Source: Hyphomicrobiales bacterium
Lineage (GTDB): Bacteria > Pseudomonadota > Alphaproteobacteria > Rhizobiales > Aestuariivirgaceae
DNA: 64,000 nucleotides
NCBI GenBank assembly: GCA_043756645.1
Contig: JAYUQS010000131.1
Span: 7,158-71,157 of the forward strand
Direction: 5' to 3'
The translations under genes were made by a program, and so were the position numbers. Below the pieces are notes generated by a model. It was not told where the DNA came from and did not search any database. It was given only the letters and a program-made list of their open reading frames with translations. Shown here piece after piece: positions 9,172 to 17,326 of this stretch (position 1 is its first letter; every line of letters begins with the position of its first letter).

Positions 9172-9296
9172 TGTGCCTTTTCCGAAGCAGCCTGTTCGCG
9201 CGCATGATCCTCCGCCGCTGCCTTTCTGGCAAGGGCCTTGACGAAGGCCAGCAATTCAGGGGCTGGCGGCAGGTTATGGCGCGGGGCGGGGGTCAC
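9168..9296 (-). CDS. 42-aa protein coupled to the integrase; possible recombination directionality factor
   Basis: Not in the ORF track. GTG start and stop both overlap neighbouring genes by 4 nt; sequence MTPAPRHNLPPAPELLAFVKALARKAAAEDHAREQAASEKAQ. Confidence 0.6.
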   Translation of the reverse strand: MTPAPRHNLPPAPELLAFVKALARKAAAEDHAREQAASEKAQ

Positions 9297-9982
9297 GTTG
9301 TAGCTGTTTCCCCTGCAAACAGCGGTACATCTTTTTGAATAAGTGCAAAGGGAATCGCGGGATCTGCTTCGATGCAGTTTCGGGCGCGAAGTGTGGCACA
9401 GATGCCAGTTACCAAGTCACGCCCTGAGCAGTTCCACAGCAGCATTCTCCGCATATCATATGCGCGGGTGCGAGTGTTGGTGGGTAGCCTGTTATGGTGG
9501 CAAAGGGTGATCAGTTCATCCTTCCAAATCATTTCCAAAGCTGAGGCAGGCAAGACTTCATTCAACGTGTCGTTTGGTCCGCGCCATTGGTCTCTCGGCA
9601 ATTCAGGATAAACCCAAAGTTCGGCGCGTCTGCCTGACAACACGGGGCTGACGCGCCGATAGAACGCGCCGTCGCGTTCCGCGCGCGCGGCCCACTGATT
9701 GGTGACGACTTCATCAAGCAGGGATTCATGAACAGCCAGAATGGTGTGGTGGGCTATGAGAGACATGCCCTTGATCTGGCCGTCAAGTAAATCCAAGGTG
9801 TCTTTTTTAGATTTCACCTCAAGCGCAATGATCTCGGTTTTCGATACCGCCAACACATCAACGCGGTTGATGCAGCCGTTGTTGATTTCGTGGATGATGC
9901 GGGCGGTGGGTCTTAGACTGCGTAAACGTGAAACAGCAGCGTCTCGCACTTCGGCCTCATCGGAGCTGCGATAGGCAGGCAT
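9293..9982 (-). CDS. PD-(D/E)xK nuclease-fold protein (MmcB/sce7726-like)
   Basis: IIHEIN...RVDVLAV...IIALEVKSKKDTLD motif. Confidence 0.7.
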   Translation of the reverse strand: MPAYRSSDEAEVRDAAVSRLRSLRPTARIIHEINNGCINRVDVLAVSKTEIIALEVKSKKDTLDLLDGQIKGMSLIAHHTILAVHESLLDEVVTNQWAARAERDGAFYRRVSPVLSGRRAELWVYPELPRDQWRGPNDTLNEVLPASALEMIWKDELITLCHHNRLPTNTRTRAYDMRRMLLWNCSGRDLVTGICATLRARNCIEADPAIPFALIQKDVPLFAGETATT

Positions 9983-10419
9983 TACGTCACCACCTCATCG
10001 CTGTTGGCAACTTCGAGCAGCCAGTCACCGTGACATGGCTCTCCGATTTTGCACCAGCAGGCGAGATTTTTGCGGCGCAGTTCGGCTTTGATTTCATCCA
10101 TTGACGGCGGGGCAATTGTCTTGATGACGGGGGATGATGACACGCGGACGGGTTTCTTCTTGCTTTCTGCGACAAGTCCGCAATCAATTTCGACGGGCTT
10201 GCCTTGCTTCACCCATGAGGAAAACATCGCTACAGAAGCCGCCGCCCGTCCAAGCCTGTCGGCCTTGAAGCCGTGAGCAATCGCGGTCCAGCAATGGGCG
10301 CTGCTTTTGAGGTTGAACGGGTTGCCCCACTTGCCGGGCCGCGTGACCACCACCGTGTTTGGCGGCATCTTCGCACCTTTTGTGCGGGTGCGCTGGATGC
10401 GGATTGGTTTCTCGGTCAT
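9982..10419 (-). CDS. DUF4326 domain protein
   Basis: RPGKWGNPF...LRRKNLACWC...CHGDWL signature. Confidence 0.85.
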   Translation of the reverse strand: MTEKPIRIQRTRTKGAKMPPNTVVVTRPGKWGNPFNLKSSAHCWTAIAHGFKADRLGRAAASVAMFSSWVKQGKPVEIDCGLVAESKKKPVRVSSSPVIKTIAPPSMDEIKAELRRKNLACWCKIGEPCHGDWLLEVANSDEVVT

Positions 10420-10646
10420 ACGTTCACCGCCTTCACTCTGAGTTTGTAAGTCTTGGCTGAGGCGTCGTAACTGATTAGCTCTGGGTGTTTGTGCATGACC
10501 TGCTTGAGGTCAATACTGGCCTGCGGTATCGACACGCGAAATTTCTTGACGATGTGATCGCGGTTGATAAACCCAAAAATCCCAACTGTTTCCACAATCC
10601 AGTCGTGGCGATATTGCTGTGCCCATGTGATTGAGGACGTGGTCAT
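10416..10646 (-). CDS. Standalone winged-helix protein resembling the N-terminal DNA-binding domain of WYL regulators (CapW/BrxR)
   Basis: WIVETVGIFGFINRDHIVKKFRVSIPQASIDL...ISYDASAKTY; ATGA overlaps on both sides. Confidence 0.65.
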   Translation of the reverse strand: MTTSSITWAQQYRHDWIVETVGIFGFINRDHIVKKFRVSIPQASIDLKQVMHKHPELISYDASAKTYKLRVKAVNV

Positions 10647-10843
10647 GTTTTCCACCTAAATTCCAAAACTGAGGATTGCTCGTCGATGTCTTTCAATTCC
10701 GAGGTGACAAGCCCTTGCTTTTCCAATTCGCGCAAATCTTCCAATTCAGGCGCATCGCTGCGGTCCACGTTGAGTGTGCGACCAGCCTTCAAGCCTTCAA
10801 TGATTTGGTCTTTGGTAAAATTGCGCGGACAATCGGTCATCAC
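10643..10843 (-). CDS. Hypothetical phage protein (66 aa)
   Basis: Start and stop overlap neighbours in the leftward early operon. Confidence 0.65.
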   Translation of the reverse strand: MMTDCPRNFTKDQIIEGLKAGRTLNVDRSDAPELEDLRELEKQGLVTSELKDIDEQSSVLEFRWKT

Positions 10844-11892
10844 TTCACCTCCGGCATTTGCTTGCAGGCCCAGAGTTCATCGCTGGCGCGACCGCGCATG
10901 CCAGATCGTGGGCCTGAATCTTGTTTGAAGAAAAATGCTGTGCCAGTTTCGCGGCACTGGCGCATGATGTCTTCAGCCGATTCCATCTGCATGGGTCGAT
11001 GGCCGTGACCGCTTTCGCCGCCAACGATGATCTGGTCGAGCGTAGGGTATGGAAATTCAAACTTAAACCCACAGTCGATCTTATATGAGCGATGGCTTCC
11101 GCAATTTGGGCACGAGGGTTCTTCCGCTTGGTCGTCCGATCCACATTCTCGACATGTCATCAACAAAAAACCATCTGGTGATTCGAAGGCTTTCTCGCAA
11201 CCGCAATTGGAGCAACCACTAGGCCCTTGATCGTTTACTCCGCCGTGAAACCCGCAATCTGCGCACGTCCATGGTTCAAGCCATTTCTCTAGGTTCAATG
11301 GCAACAACAAAGGTTCTGCACTCACAAATCTCACCGCTGCCGGTGTGGCCAGCAGGTCGGGGATGCGCTCATCGGCGCGGGTCTGGTCTTCGCAGCTGAC
11401 ACCGAGGTGGACGTTCGACAGTGGCAGTACGATTGGCGGCAAGAAATCAATGTGTGAGCAATACTCCCGCATCCGCTTGCTGCGCTTCGTCAGGATTTGA
11501 AACGTGTGCTGCGGGCACAGCGCCATCACGGCGAACACCTTGTCGATCACCTCATCCGGCACGGATTCGTGGAACAAATCCGACATCGAGTTCACGAAAA
11601 TCCGGCGCGGCTTTTTCCATTTCAGCGGTGCCAGCAAAGTGCTTTCGGGTGCCACCTTCACCACGCCTGTCCAGTGAACAGGCTTTCTATTGTAGGGGCC
11701 ACGGCTCGTTGTACCTCTATAGTGATCAAGGTGAAAGTTGCCGCTGCCGTCTGGCTTTGACGCCATGCTTTCCAATCGTTCCGCCATCTTCATGGCGTAG
11801 CAATTGGTGCAGCCGGGTGAGATGATGGTGCAGCCCACAGTCGGATTCCACGTCGCATCGGCCCATTCGATTTTTGTGTTGTCGCCCATCAC
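10840..11892 (-). CDS. Phage Gp37/Gp68 (DUF5131) family protein with a Cys-rich insert
   Basis: TKIEWADATWNP..GCTIISPGCTNCYA, IFVNSMSDLF, HTFQILTKR, RFVSAEPLL and IIVGGESG motifs. Confidence 0.9.
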   Translation of the reverse strand: MMGDNTKIEWADATWNPTVGCTIISPGCTNCYAMKMAERLESMASKPDGSGNFHLDHYRGTTSRGPYNRKPVHWTGVVKVAPESTLLAPLKWKKPRRIFVNSMSDLFHESVPDEVIDKVFAVMALCPQHTFQILTKRSKRMREYCSHIDFLPPIVLPLSNVHLGVSCEDQTRADERIPDLLATPAAVRFVSAEPLLLPLNLEKWLEPWTCADCGFHGGVNDQGPSGCSNCGCEKAFESPDGFLLMTCRECGSDDQAEEPSCPNCGSHRSYKIDCGFKFEFPYPTLDQIIVGGESGHGHRPMQMESAEDIMRQCRETGTAFFFKQDSGPRSGMRGRASDELWACKQMPEVK

Positions 11893-12293
11893 ACAACAGT
11901 CTCCGCATCAACGTCACCTTCGATGTCTTCTTCGTTGCGGGTGTCGTCGAAAGCCCACACGTGGCGGTCGAGGTTGTGGGTTTTTATCCATTCAAGGGCT
12001 GTGGCGTCGAGGCGGGATTGCAAATCCTCCCATTGTGCCGTGGTGATGTTGGCTGAGACCGGATCTCCTTCGGGGTCGCCCATATCTTCGTTGTTGTCGT
12101 CCAACCATTCGCCGACACGTGCGCCGATAAATGCGCGCAAGGTGCCTTTGGTGGCTTCGCAAATTATGAAGGACTCACCGTCCGCTTCGTCGCGGCCGGC
12201 GGTGATGGCGTCCTCGCGGCTGTCGCATGGCCCCCAATAGCTCTCACCGCCATCATGCGAATGCCACCATTGCCATTGGGGTTCGTTTGTCAT
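11889..12293 (-). CDS. Hypothetical acidic phage protein
   Basis: 134-aa ORF overlapping its neighbour's start. Confidence 0.7.
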   Translation of the reverse strand: MTNEPQWQWWHSHDGGESYWGPCDSREDAITAGRDEADGESFIICEATKGTLRAFIGARVGEWLDDNNEDMGDPEGDPVSANITTAQWEDLQSRLDATALEWIKTHNLDRHVWAFDDTRNEEDIEGDVDAETVV

Positions 12294-12307
12294 CAGTTTT
12301 TCCCTTT

Positions 12308-12622
12308 CTAAATATCCTGTGTCTCACAACCGCCGAAATGCAGATTGATTGCAGCCTTCACGGCCTTCACCGACTCCACTTGCGGGTGGCTGCGATAAAG
12401 CATTTCTGTCAGATGCATGATCACGGGCAGTAGAACAGCGGGCCTTAACTGGTGCGCCACGATATTAACCACCGCGTTGCCGTCTTCCAAAATGTGCGGC
12501 ACGATGGTGATGACAGGGTCTTGCGGCTGGCGTTTTCGGATCACATCGCCAACACGCATGATGTATTTATTCCAGTCTTCAACTTGATCATCTGGAATGT
12601 CGCCGGGTTGCATCGTTTTCAA
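12308..12622 (-). CDS. Hypothetical phage protein
   Basis: 104-aa ORF overlapping the ssb stop codon. Confidence 0.6.
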   Translation of the reverse strand: MKTMQPGDIPDDQVEDWNKYIMRVGDVIRKRQPQDPVITIVPHILEDGNAVVNIVAHQLRPAVLLPVIMHLTEMLYRSHPQVESVKAVKAAINLHFGGCETQDI

Positions 12623-13071
12623 AACGGCACCTCATCATCTAAATCGCGGGCGAAGGTTTGTTTCTCACCTTGCTGTGGCCGCGTGGTTGTGCTGCCGTAA
12701 TCGGCTTCGCTGGCGCGGGCTCCCGGCGGTGAGCCTTCAAGTCCCAGACGCCCGTCAAAATTGCCGATGACGATTTCGGTGGTGTATTTTTCGATGCCCG
12801 CTTTGTCGGTATATTTGCGGGTGCGGATGGAACCTTCGACCGACACCAGCCCGCCCTTTTTCACCCAGTCTTTCACCACCTTGCAGATGGCCTGGTTGAA
12901 CACGGTGATGCGGTGCCACTCGGTGTTTTCTTTCTTCACGCCGGTGGTTTTGTCCTTGTAGGATTCGGATGTGGCCATGGAGAATGACGCCACCATGTCG
13001 TCATTTTTGGTGTGGCGGATTTCAGGATCGTCGCCCACACGGCCTAAAAGAATTGCGCGGTTGATGCTCAT
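12619..13071 (-). CDS. ssb: Single-stranded DNA-binding protein
   Basis: INRAILLGRVGDDPEIR...TEWHRI...VSVEGSIRTRKY and acidic DDEVPF tail. Confidence 0.95.
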   Translation of the reverse strand: MSINRAILLGRVGDDPEIRHTKNDDMVASFSMATSESYKDKTTGVKKENTEWHRITVFNQAICKVVKDWVKKGGLVSVEGSIRTRKYTDKAGIEKYTTEIVIGNFDGRLGLEGSPPGARASEADYGSTTTRPQQGEKQTFARDLDDEVPF

Positions 13072-13355
13072 GGTAAATTCCTTGCACAGCAGAGAAGTGC
13101 ATCACGCAGCACTTCGGGTGGAGTGAATGGGCGTGGTGCTGCATCGCTGAGAGCGATGACGACGTGCTTGCGGGGTGGGTGGGATGCAACGCCGCACAAC
13201 AGTTTATGTGCGTCCGTCACGAAGATGACGGTCAAGCCCGGTTCCTCTGTCACCGCCAAGTGTGCGGCGGCAAGGGCTGCGGATATTGACCGCCCGCCGC
13301 CCGGCAATGAAACCTCGGCCAGCATGTCGTGGCAGATGGATGCTGATTTCATCAT
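13068..13355 (-). CDS. Hypothetical phage protein (95 aa)
   Basis: ATGA overlaps with the SLT gene and with ssb. Confidence 0.55.
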   Translation of the reverse strand: MMKSASICHDMLAEVSLPGGGRSISAALAAAHLAVTEEPGLTVIFVTDAHKLLCGVASHPPRKHVVIALSDAAPRPFTPPEVLRDALLCCARNLP

Positions 13356-13909
13356 GCACGCCTCCGGTTTTTGCGGAGCTTCTTTTTCTTGCCGCCGCCG
13401 ACCACGGCATTGGCGTAGTCTCTGCCCCACCGGCTTTTGGCGGATGCGCCAAGCCCTGCATTGTGGCGCTTGGCGGCAAGCCATGGGTTACCACCTGATC
13501 GACGCAGCTCCATTGCGAGATGGCGCATGCCGTAGTCGGTCTGGGCTGCACATGACAGCCGCGCCACATTGCGCACGCCAAACAATGCGCGGGCAGTTCT
13601 GATCTGGATTTGCAGCGGTCCGTGGCTGCGGCCTTGATCGCCGACGCGGCCACATTGCAGCCCGCTTTCCATGTTGCCCACCTTGAGGGCCAGCCATTGC
13701 GGCACACGGTGACGTCGCGCCGATGCAACCACGAGCCCCCGCGCACTGGCGTAACGCTGGCGTTTCAACTTACGCTTGGTGGATGGGGACGCTGACGCCT
13801 CACTGATGGAAAAACTTATATTCACCTGATGTGCCAAAGGCGGTGCCACAAAGGTGAGAACCAAGGCCAATGCGGCGCTGATGGCGAGACGTTTCAAGCG
13901 GCGCATCAT
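13352..13909 (-). CDS. Lytic transglycosylase (SLT domain) with N-terminal signal/anchor
   Basis: Hydrophobic N-terminus; catalytic MES motif, GPLQIQIRTAR, YG..HL, HNAG. Confidence 0.8.
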   Translation of the reverse strand: MMRRLKRLAISAALALVLTFVAPPLAHQVNISFSISEASASPSTKRKLKRQRYASARGLVVASARRHRVPQWLALKVGNMESGLQCGRVGDQGRSHGPLQIQIRTARALFGVRNVARLSCAAQTDYGMRHLAMELRRSGGNPWLAAKRHNAGLGASAKSRWGRDYANAVVGGGKKKKLRKNRRRA

Positions 13910-15828
13910 TGCGCGGCCTCCGCCTGTTGGTCACTTCCCTCTCCCGCCGCGCTTTGCGCGGCGCCCTCTCCCGCAAGGGGCGAGGGGAGGTATCGGGGGC
14001 TGCCCGGGCCTTCGTAACTTGGCGTGCGAAGTTGCGGGGGCAACCACGCTGTGGCCTCGATGCGCGGCAGGATGGCCGCCAACATGTCCGGCTTTTTGGC
14101 TTTCTTGATCGGCGCGTCGGGGTCGATTTCAACCGAGATCAACAGCAGCTGATAGAGTGACAGGCGGCCTAAGAATTCCGCATTCACAGCAAAACCTTCG
14201 GCCCGCATGTTGGGGTCGATCTGATTAACAACCCATTGCGCGTCGGTGTTTTTGAGGGCTTCGACTTCAAAGCTAGTGGCGGTGATCACGCCGTCGAGCA
14301 GAATGGTTTGTTCCGGCTCAAGCGTTTCCAGCACCGCCATCACTTCGGCAAAGGTTTCGCAGGTGTAGAACTTGTCCAACACCTGGGCGAACATGCCGTG
14401 TGTGCCGCTGGCGTCGTCGTGCATCTGATCGACATCCATTGCAAAGGGTGATGAGAACATTGACTTTGCGCTGCACACCCGTGCGGCCAGCCCCATGCGT
14501 TGCGCCATGGCGGGCTTCATGGTGAGTGCAAATTGCGTGGCCTTTTGTGCGGTGATGCGTAGAATTTCTTCGAGAGCATCGGAATAGCCCGCCTGTTCGG
14601 TGATAACAGGTGCCGGTGACGTGCCCTCATCCGTCTCGCTGCGCTCGCCACCTTCTCCCGCTGAAGCGGGTGAAGGCTTGGTTCTTTCGCCGGGCTTCAG
14701 GCGGCCTTTGGAGATTTCGACTTTGTTGCGCAGTAAAATCAACACGCCGAGGCTTGAGCGTTGTTCCACGGTGAAGCTGGTGGAGTTGTAGCTGTCGGTG
14801 ATGTCGTACTGGTTGGGAATCAGCTTGTATTCGATCTCTAACAATCTGTCCGCTTGTTCATCGGTGATGTCGTCGTTGTCTATTTCGTCAAGGGCATTGT
14901 ATTCCGCTTCCAACGCCTTCAACGTTTCAACCTCTGCATCACGCGCCTGTTGTTCCTCGGCACCGAACGCACGTTTTGCAGCGGGGGCTTGGCGTTCATA
15001 TTTACTGTCGTCATCGGCGTGTTTTTCATCCAGCACTTTCACCCATGCCCAGCCATCGTTTTTCAAATCGGCCACGGTTTGATCCAGCTTTTCAACGAAC
15101 AGGCGTTTCACCAAAGCGGCGTCACGCAGATAGGCATTGTCGGCAAACAAGTCTTCATCCACCGCACCACCGGCTGCGCGATACGCGTCGATGCCGACAA
15201 AAGCAGCTTCCATCGCATCGGCTGACATCGATGTGTCGGTGAGGGCGCGGCGAATGTGCCATTCCTGTAGTGAGCGGGTTTTAACAGCATCCTCAAACAC
15301 CATGAGCTGGCGTTCGGATGAGTCCGTCAAGGTGAAGGCTTGTGCCGTGTCCAGATCCATGTCGCTGTTGCGCAACGCCGTGATCAGGGGTGCTGGCAAT
15401 GAGCCGATGGCCAAACGTTGGCGCACCCGGCGTTCGGGCTGGGCGTAATGCGAAGCAATGTCTTTGACCGACATGCCAGCCTTGCCCAGGTTGTAAAACG
15501 CCACAGCCTCATCAGCGGGGGATAAATCTTCACGGGCCACAAAGGAGTCGAGCGCCATTTGCAATGCGGCTTCGTCATCCACCTCAAAGCAGTCACATGG
15601 AATGTCGTCGTTCCATTCCAGCACATCAAGGGCGCGTTTGCGGCGTCCGCCATTGATGACCTCATAGAAATCATGTTGGCCCGGTTGCTGGCGCACCCAC
15701 AACGCTTCCTTAAAACCCTTGTCACGGATGATCGAGACCAACACCGTCACATCATCGTCCGACGCATGGCGCGGGTTGATGGCGGGGTTAAGAATGAGGT
15801 GTTCACGTTTGACAAAAATGCGTTGCAT
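13906..15828 (-). CDS. ParB/RepB/Spo0J-family protein
   Basis: INPR...YEVINGGRRKRAL ParB domain, REDLSPADEA and HTH; AAGGAAA RBS before MQRIFV. Confidence 0.85.
   Translation of the reverse strand: MQRIFVKREHLILNPAINPRHASDDDVTVLVSIIRDKGFKEALWVRQQPGQHDFYEVINGGRRKRALDVLEWNDDIPCDCFEVDDEAALQMALDSFVAREDLSPADEAVAFYNLGKAGMSVKDIASHYAQPERRVRQRLAIGSLPAPLITALRNSDMDLDTAQAFTLTDSSERQLMVFEDAVKTRSLQEWHIRRALTDTSMSADAMEAAFVGIDAYRAAGGAVDEDLFADNAYLRDAALVKRLFVEKLDQTVADLKNDGWAWVKVLDEKHADDDSKYERQAPAAKRAFGAEEQQARDAEVETLKALEAEYNALDEIDNDDITDEQADRLLEIEYKLIPNQYDITDSYNSTSFTVEQRSSLGVLILLRNKVEISKGRLKPGERTKPSPASAGEGGERSETDEGTSPAPVITEQAGYSDALEEILRITAQKATQFALTMKPAMAQRMGLAARVCSAKSMFSSPFAMDVDQMHDDASGTHGMFAQVLDKFYTCETFAEVMAVLETLEPEQTILLDGVITATSFEVEALKNTDAQWVVNQIDPNMRAEGFAVNAEFLGRLSLYQLLLISVEIDPDAPIKKAKKPDMLAAILPRIEATAWLPPQLRTPSYEGPGSPRYLPSPLAGEGAAQSAAGEGSDQQAEAAQ
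13938..13990. repeat. REP-like palindromic element in the ParB 3' coding end
   Basis: CCCTCTCCCGCCGCGCTTTGCGCGGCGCCCTCTCCCGCAAGGGGCGAGGGG; encodes PSPLAGEG-type peptide. A related hairpin lies at 14651-14676. Confidence 0.55.
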
Positions 15829-15838
15829 GATTTTCCTT

Positions 15839-16399
15839 TCAGACTTCTTCAATGTTGAGATGACGGGCGAGGGTGTTGAAGGTTTTGACGAACATGTCTT
15901 CGGCGCGGTGCCAGGGCAGTGGCTTGACGCGCTGCTTGGAGGGCGTGGCCGCCAGCGGGCATGGGCCCGGCATCAGGTCGCGCCATTCGGTTGCGAATGC
16001 GGTTAAGTCTGCGAGTTTAATTTCGCGCAATTCAACAGGGGAAAATGTCAGCCCGAATTTCTGGTGAATGACATCATCAAACACTTGCGCCGCGTGGTCA
16101 TGGCGTGATGCGATGGGGCCAAACAGCAGGTCTTTGACGGGGGTTGGCGTGTCACCCAAATAGGCTTCATGCGCGTCATGTAACAGCCCGCCCATCACCA
16201 CGTGTGCGGGCTGACGTTTGACCAGCAGCAAATCCGCCACCAGCACCGAATGCTGCGCCACGCAATAAGGTGTTTCGGTAGCGCCGTTGAAACGGTTGAT
16301 CAAGGCTAAGTGGTGGGCAATGTCGCGGAGGCTGATGCTGGTTGGGCAAGGCTTGGCCAGCACCACATCAACACCGGAATTCATGCGGATAAAACTCAT
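15839..16399 (-). CDS. HD-domain phosphohydrolase (YfbR-like 5'-deoxynucleotidase)
   Basis: DIAHHLALINRFNG...VAQHSVLV...LLHDAHEAYLGD motifs. Confidence 0.88.
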   Translation of the reverse strand: MSFIRMNSGVDVVLAKPCPTSISLRDIAHHLALINRFNGATETPYCVAQHSVLVADLLLVKRQPAHVVMGGLLHDAHEAYLGDTPTPVKDLLFGPIASRHDHAAQVFDDVIHQKFGLTFSPVELREIKLADLTAFATEWRDLMPGPCPLAATPSKQRVKPLPWHRAEDMFVKTFNTLARHLNIEEV

Positions 16400-16659
16400 G
16401 CAGGCCTCCGCAGCTTGCGGCTGAATTCCGGCAGCATCACCGTCACAATGGCGTCGGGGTGTTCGGCCCGCAGCGTCAACACATGGGCGCGGAGCAACAC
16501 GGCGATGACGCGGGCTTTGCGCCATTGGCCCAAGCGGCGTTCATCTTCCAGCAACACCGCATCACCCAAACCCCAGCCGTCCAAAGTGGCGCGGGCGGGT
16601 GGCGGGATGGGGTGGCCGGTAATGGCGGGGGCGAAGAGCGGGAGAGTGGTGGGGCTCAT
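16396..16659 (-). CDS. Hypothetical phage protein (87 aa)
   Basis: ATGA overlaps on both sides. Confidence 0.6.
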   Translation of the reverse strand: MSPTTLPLFAPAITGHPIPPPARATLDGWGLGDAVLLEDERRLGQWRKARVIAVLLRAHVLTLRAEHPDAIVTVMLPEFSRKLRRPA

Positions 16660-16769
16660 GATAGGCAAACCCCTAAGGCGATAACCACGGCGGTCATCAG
16701 CGCAGCACCCGCCGCGAACGACAGCATCACCAAAAAGAGGACGGCTTCATACTGGTCTTCGTTAAACAT
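16656..16769 (-). CDS. Small membrane peptide (37 aa)
   Basis: MFNEDQYEAVLFLVMLSFAAGAALMTAVVIALGVCLS; overlaps neighbours. Confidence 0.5.
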   Translation of the reverse strand: MFNEDQYEAVLFLVMLSFAAGAALMTAVVIALGVCLS

Positions 16770-16933
16770 CACGCACCATCCTTTCCAAACAGGCGGTCGC
16801 GGCGGTCGCGGTCGCGTTTGATTTCGCTGCGGATTAGACCGGGCAACCACACAACGATGCCAAGAATTGAGGCAGCACATACGAATTGAAAGGCGGTCAG
16901 ATAAACGAGGTAATCTATAATATCCCGCATCAT
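16769..16933 (-). CDS. Small membrane protein (54 aa)
   Basis: Not in the ORF track. MMRDIIDYLVYLTAFQFVCAASILGIVVWLPGLIRSEIKRDRDRRDRLFGKDGA; start overlaps the HTH stop and stop overlaps the next start. Confidence 0.55.
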   Translation of the reverse strand: MMRDIIDYLVYLTAFQFVCAASILGIVVWLPGLIRSEIKRDRDRRDRLFGKDGA

Positions 16934-17238
16934 GCGGCACCGCCGTGTTGCAGCGACGGCACTTTGGCCGCGGCTTGCTGTTTCAGGGTTTCAAGGTGCG
17001 CGGTGAGGTGGTTTGCGGCTGGGAGTCCTGTGATCAACCAATGCACGTCACATTCAAGCACGCGGGACAGCGCAGCCATTCGCGCCGCGCCGCCGCTTTT
17101 TCTGCGTCCAATAACGATTGAGCAGATGAATGTTTTTGGGGCGCCAATTTCTTGGCCGGCAGATTGTGCGGTTTTGCCAACCGCTTTAAGTCGTTGCTGA
17201 ATGCGCAGACCGACTTCATTCCGAGCTACAATACCCAT
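16930..17238 (-). CDS. XRE-family HTH regulator, first gene of the leftward early operon
   Basis: GLRIQQRLKAVGKTAQSAGQEIG...RMAALSRVLECDVHWLITG; AAGGAGG RBS. Confidence 0.8.
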   Translation of the reverse strand: MGIVARNEVGLRIQQRLKAVGKTAQSAGQEIGAPKTFICSIVIGRRKSGGAARMAALSRVLECDVHWLITGLPAANHLTAHLETLKQQAAAKVPSLQHGGAA

Positions 17239-17267
17239 GGTGCCTCCTTGTTGGAGGCTTATTCGTA

Positions 17268-17315
17268 GTGAGTTATTTATAACCCGTCAAGGGGTATGGG
17301 TTAAAAATAACGTTC
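17268..17315. promoter_or_regulatory. PL promoter with two repressor operators (OL)
   Basis: GTGAGTTA-N4-TAACCCGT (17268-17287) and ATGGGTTA-N4-TAACGTTC (17296-17315); minus-strand -35 TTGACG at 17290-17285. Confidence 0.7.
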
Positions 17316-17326
17316 CACGTGAAACA

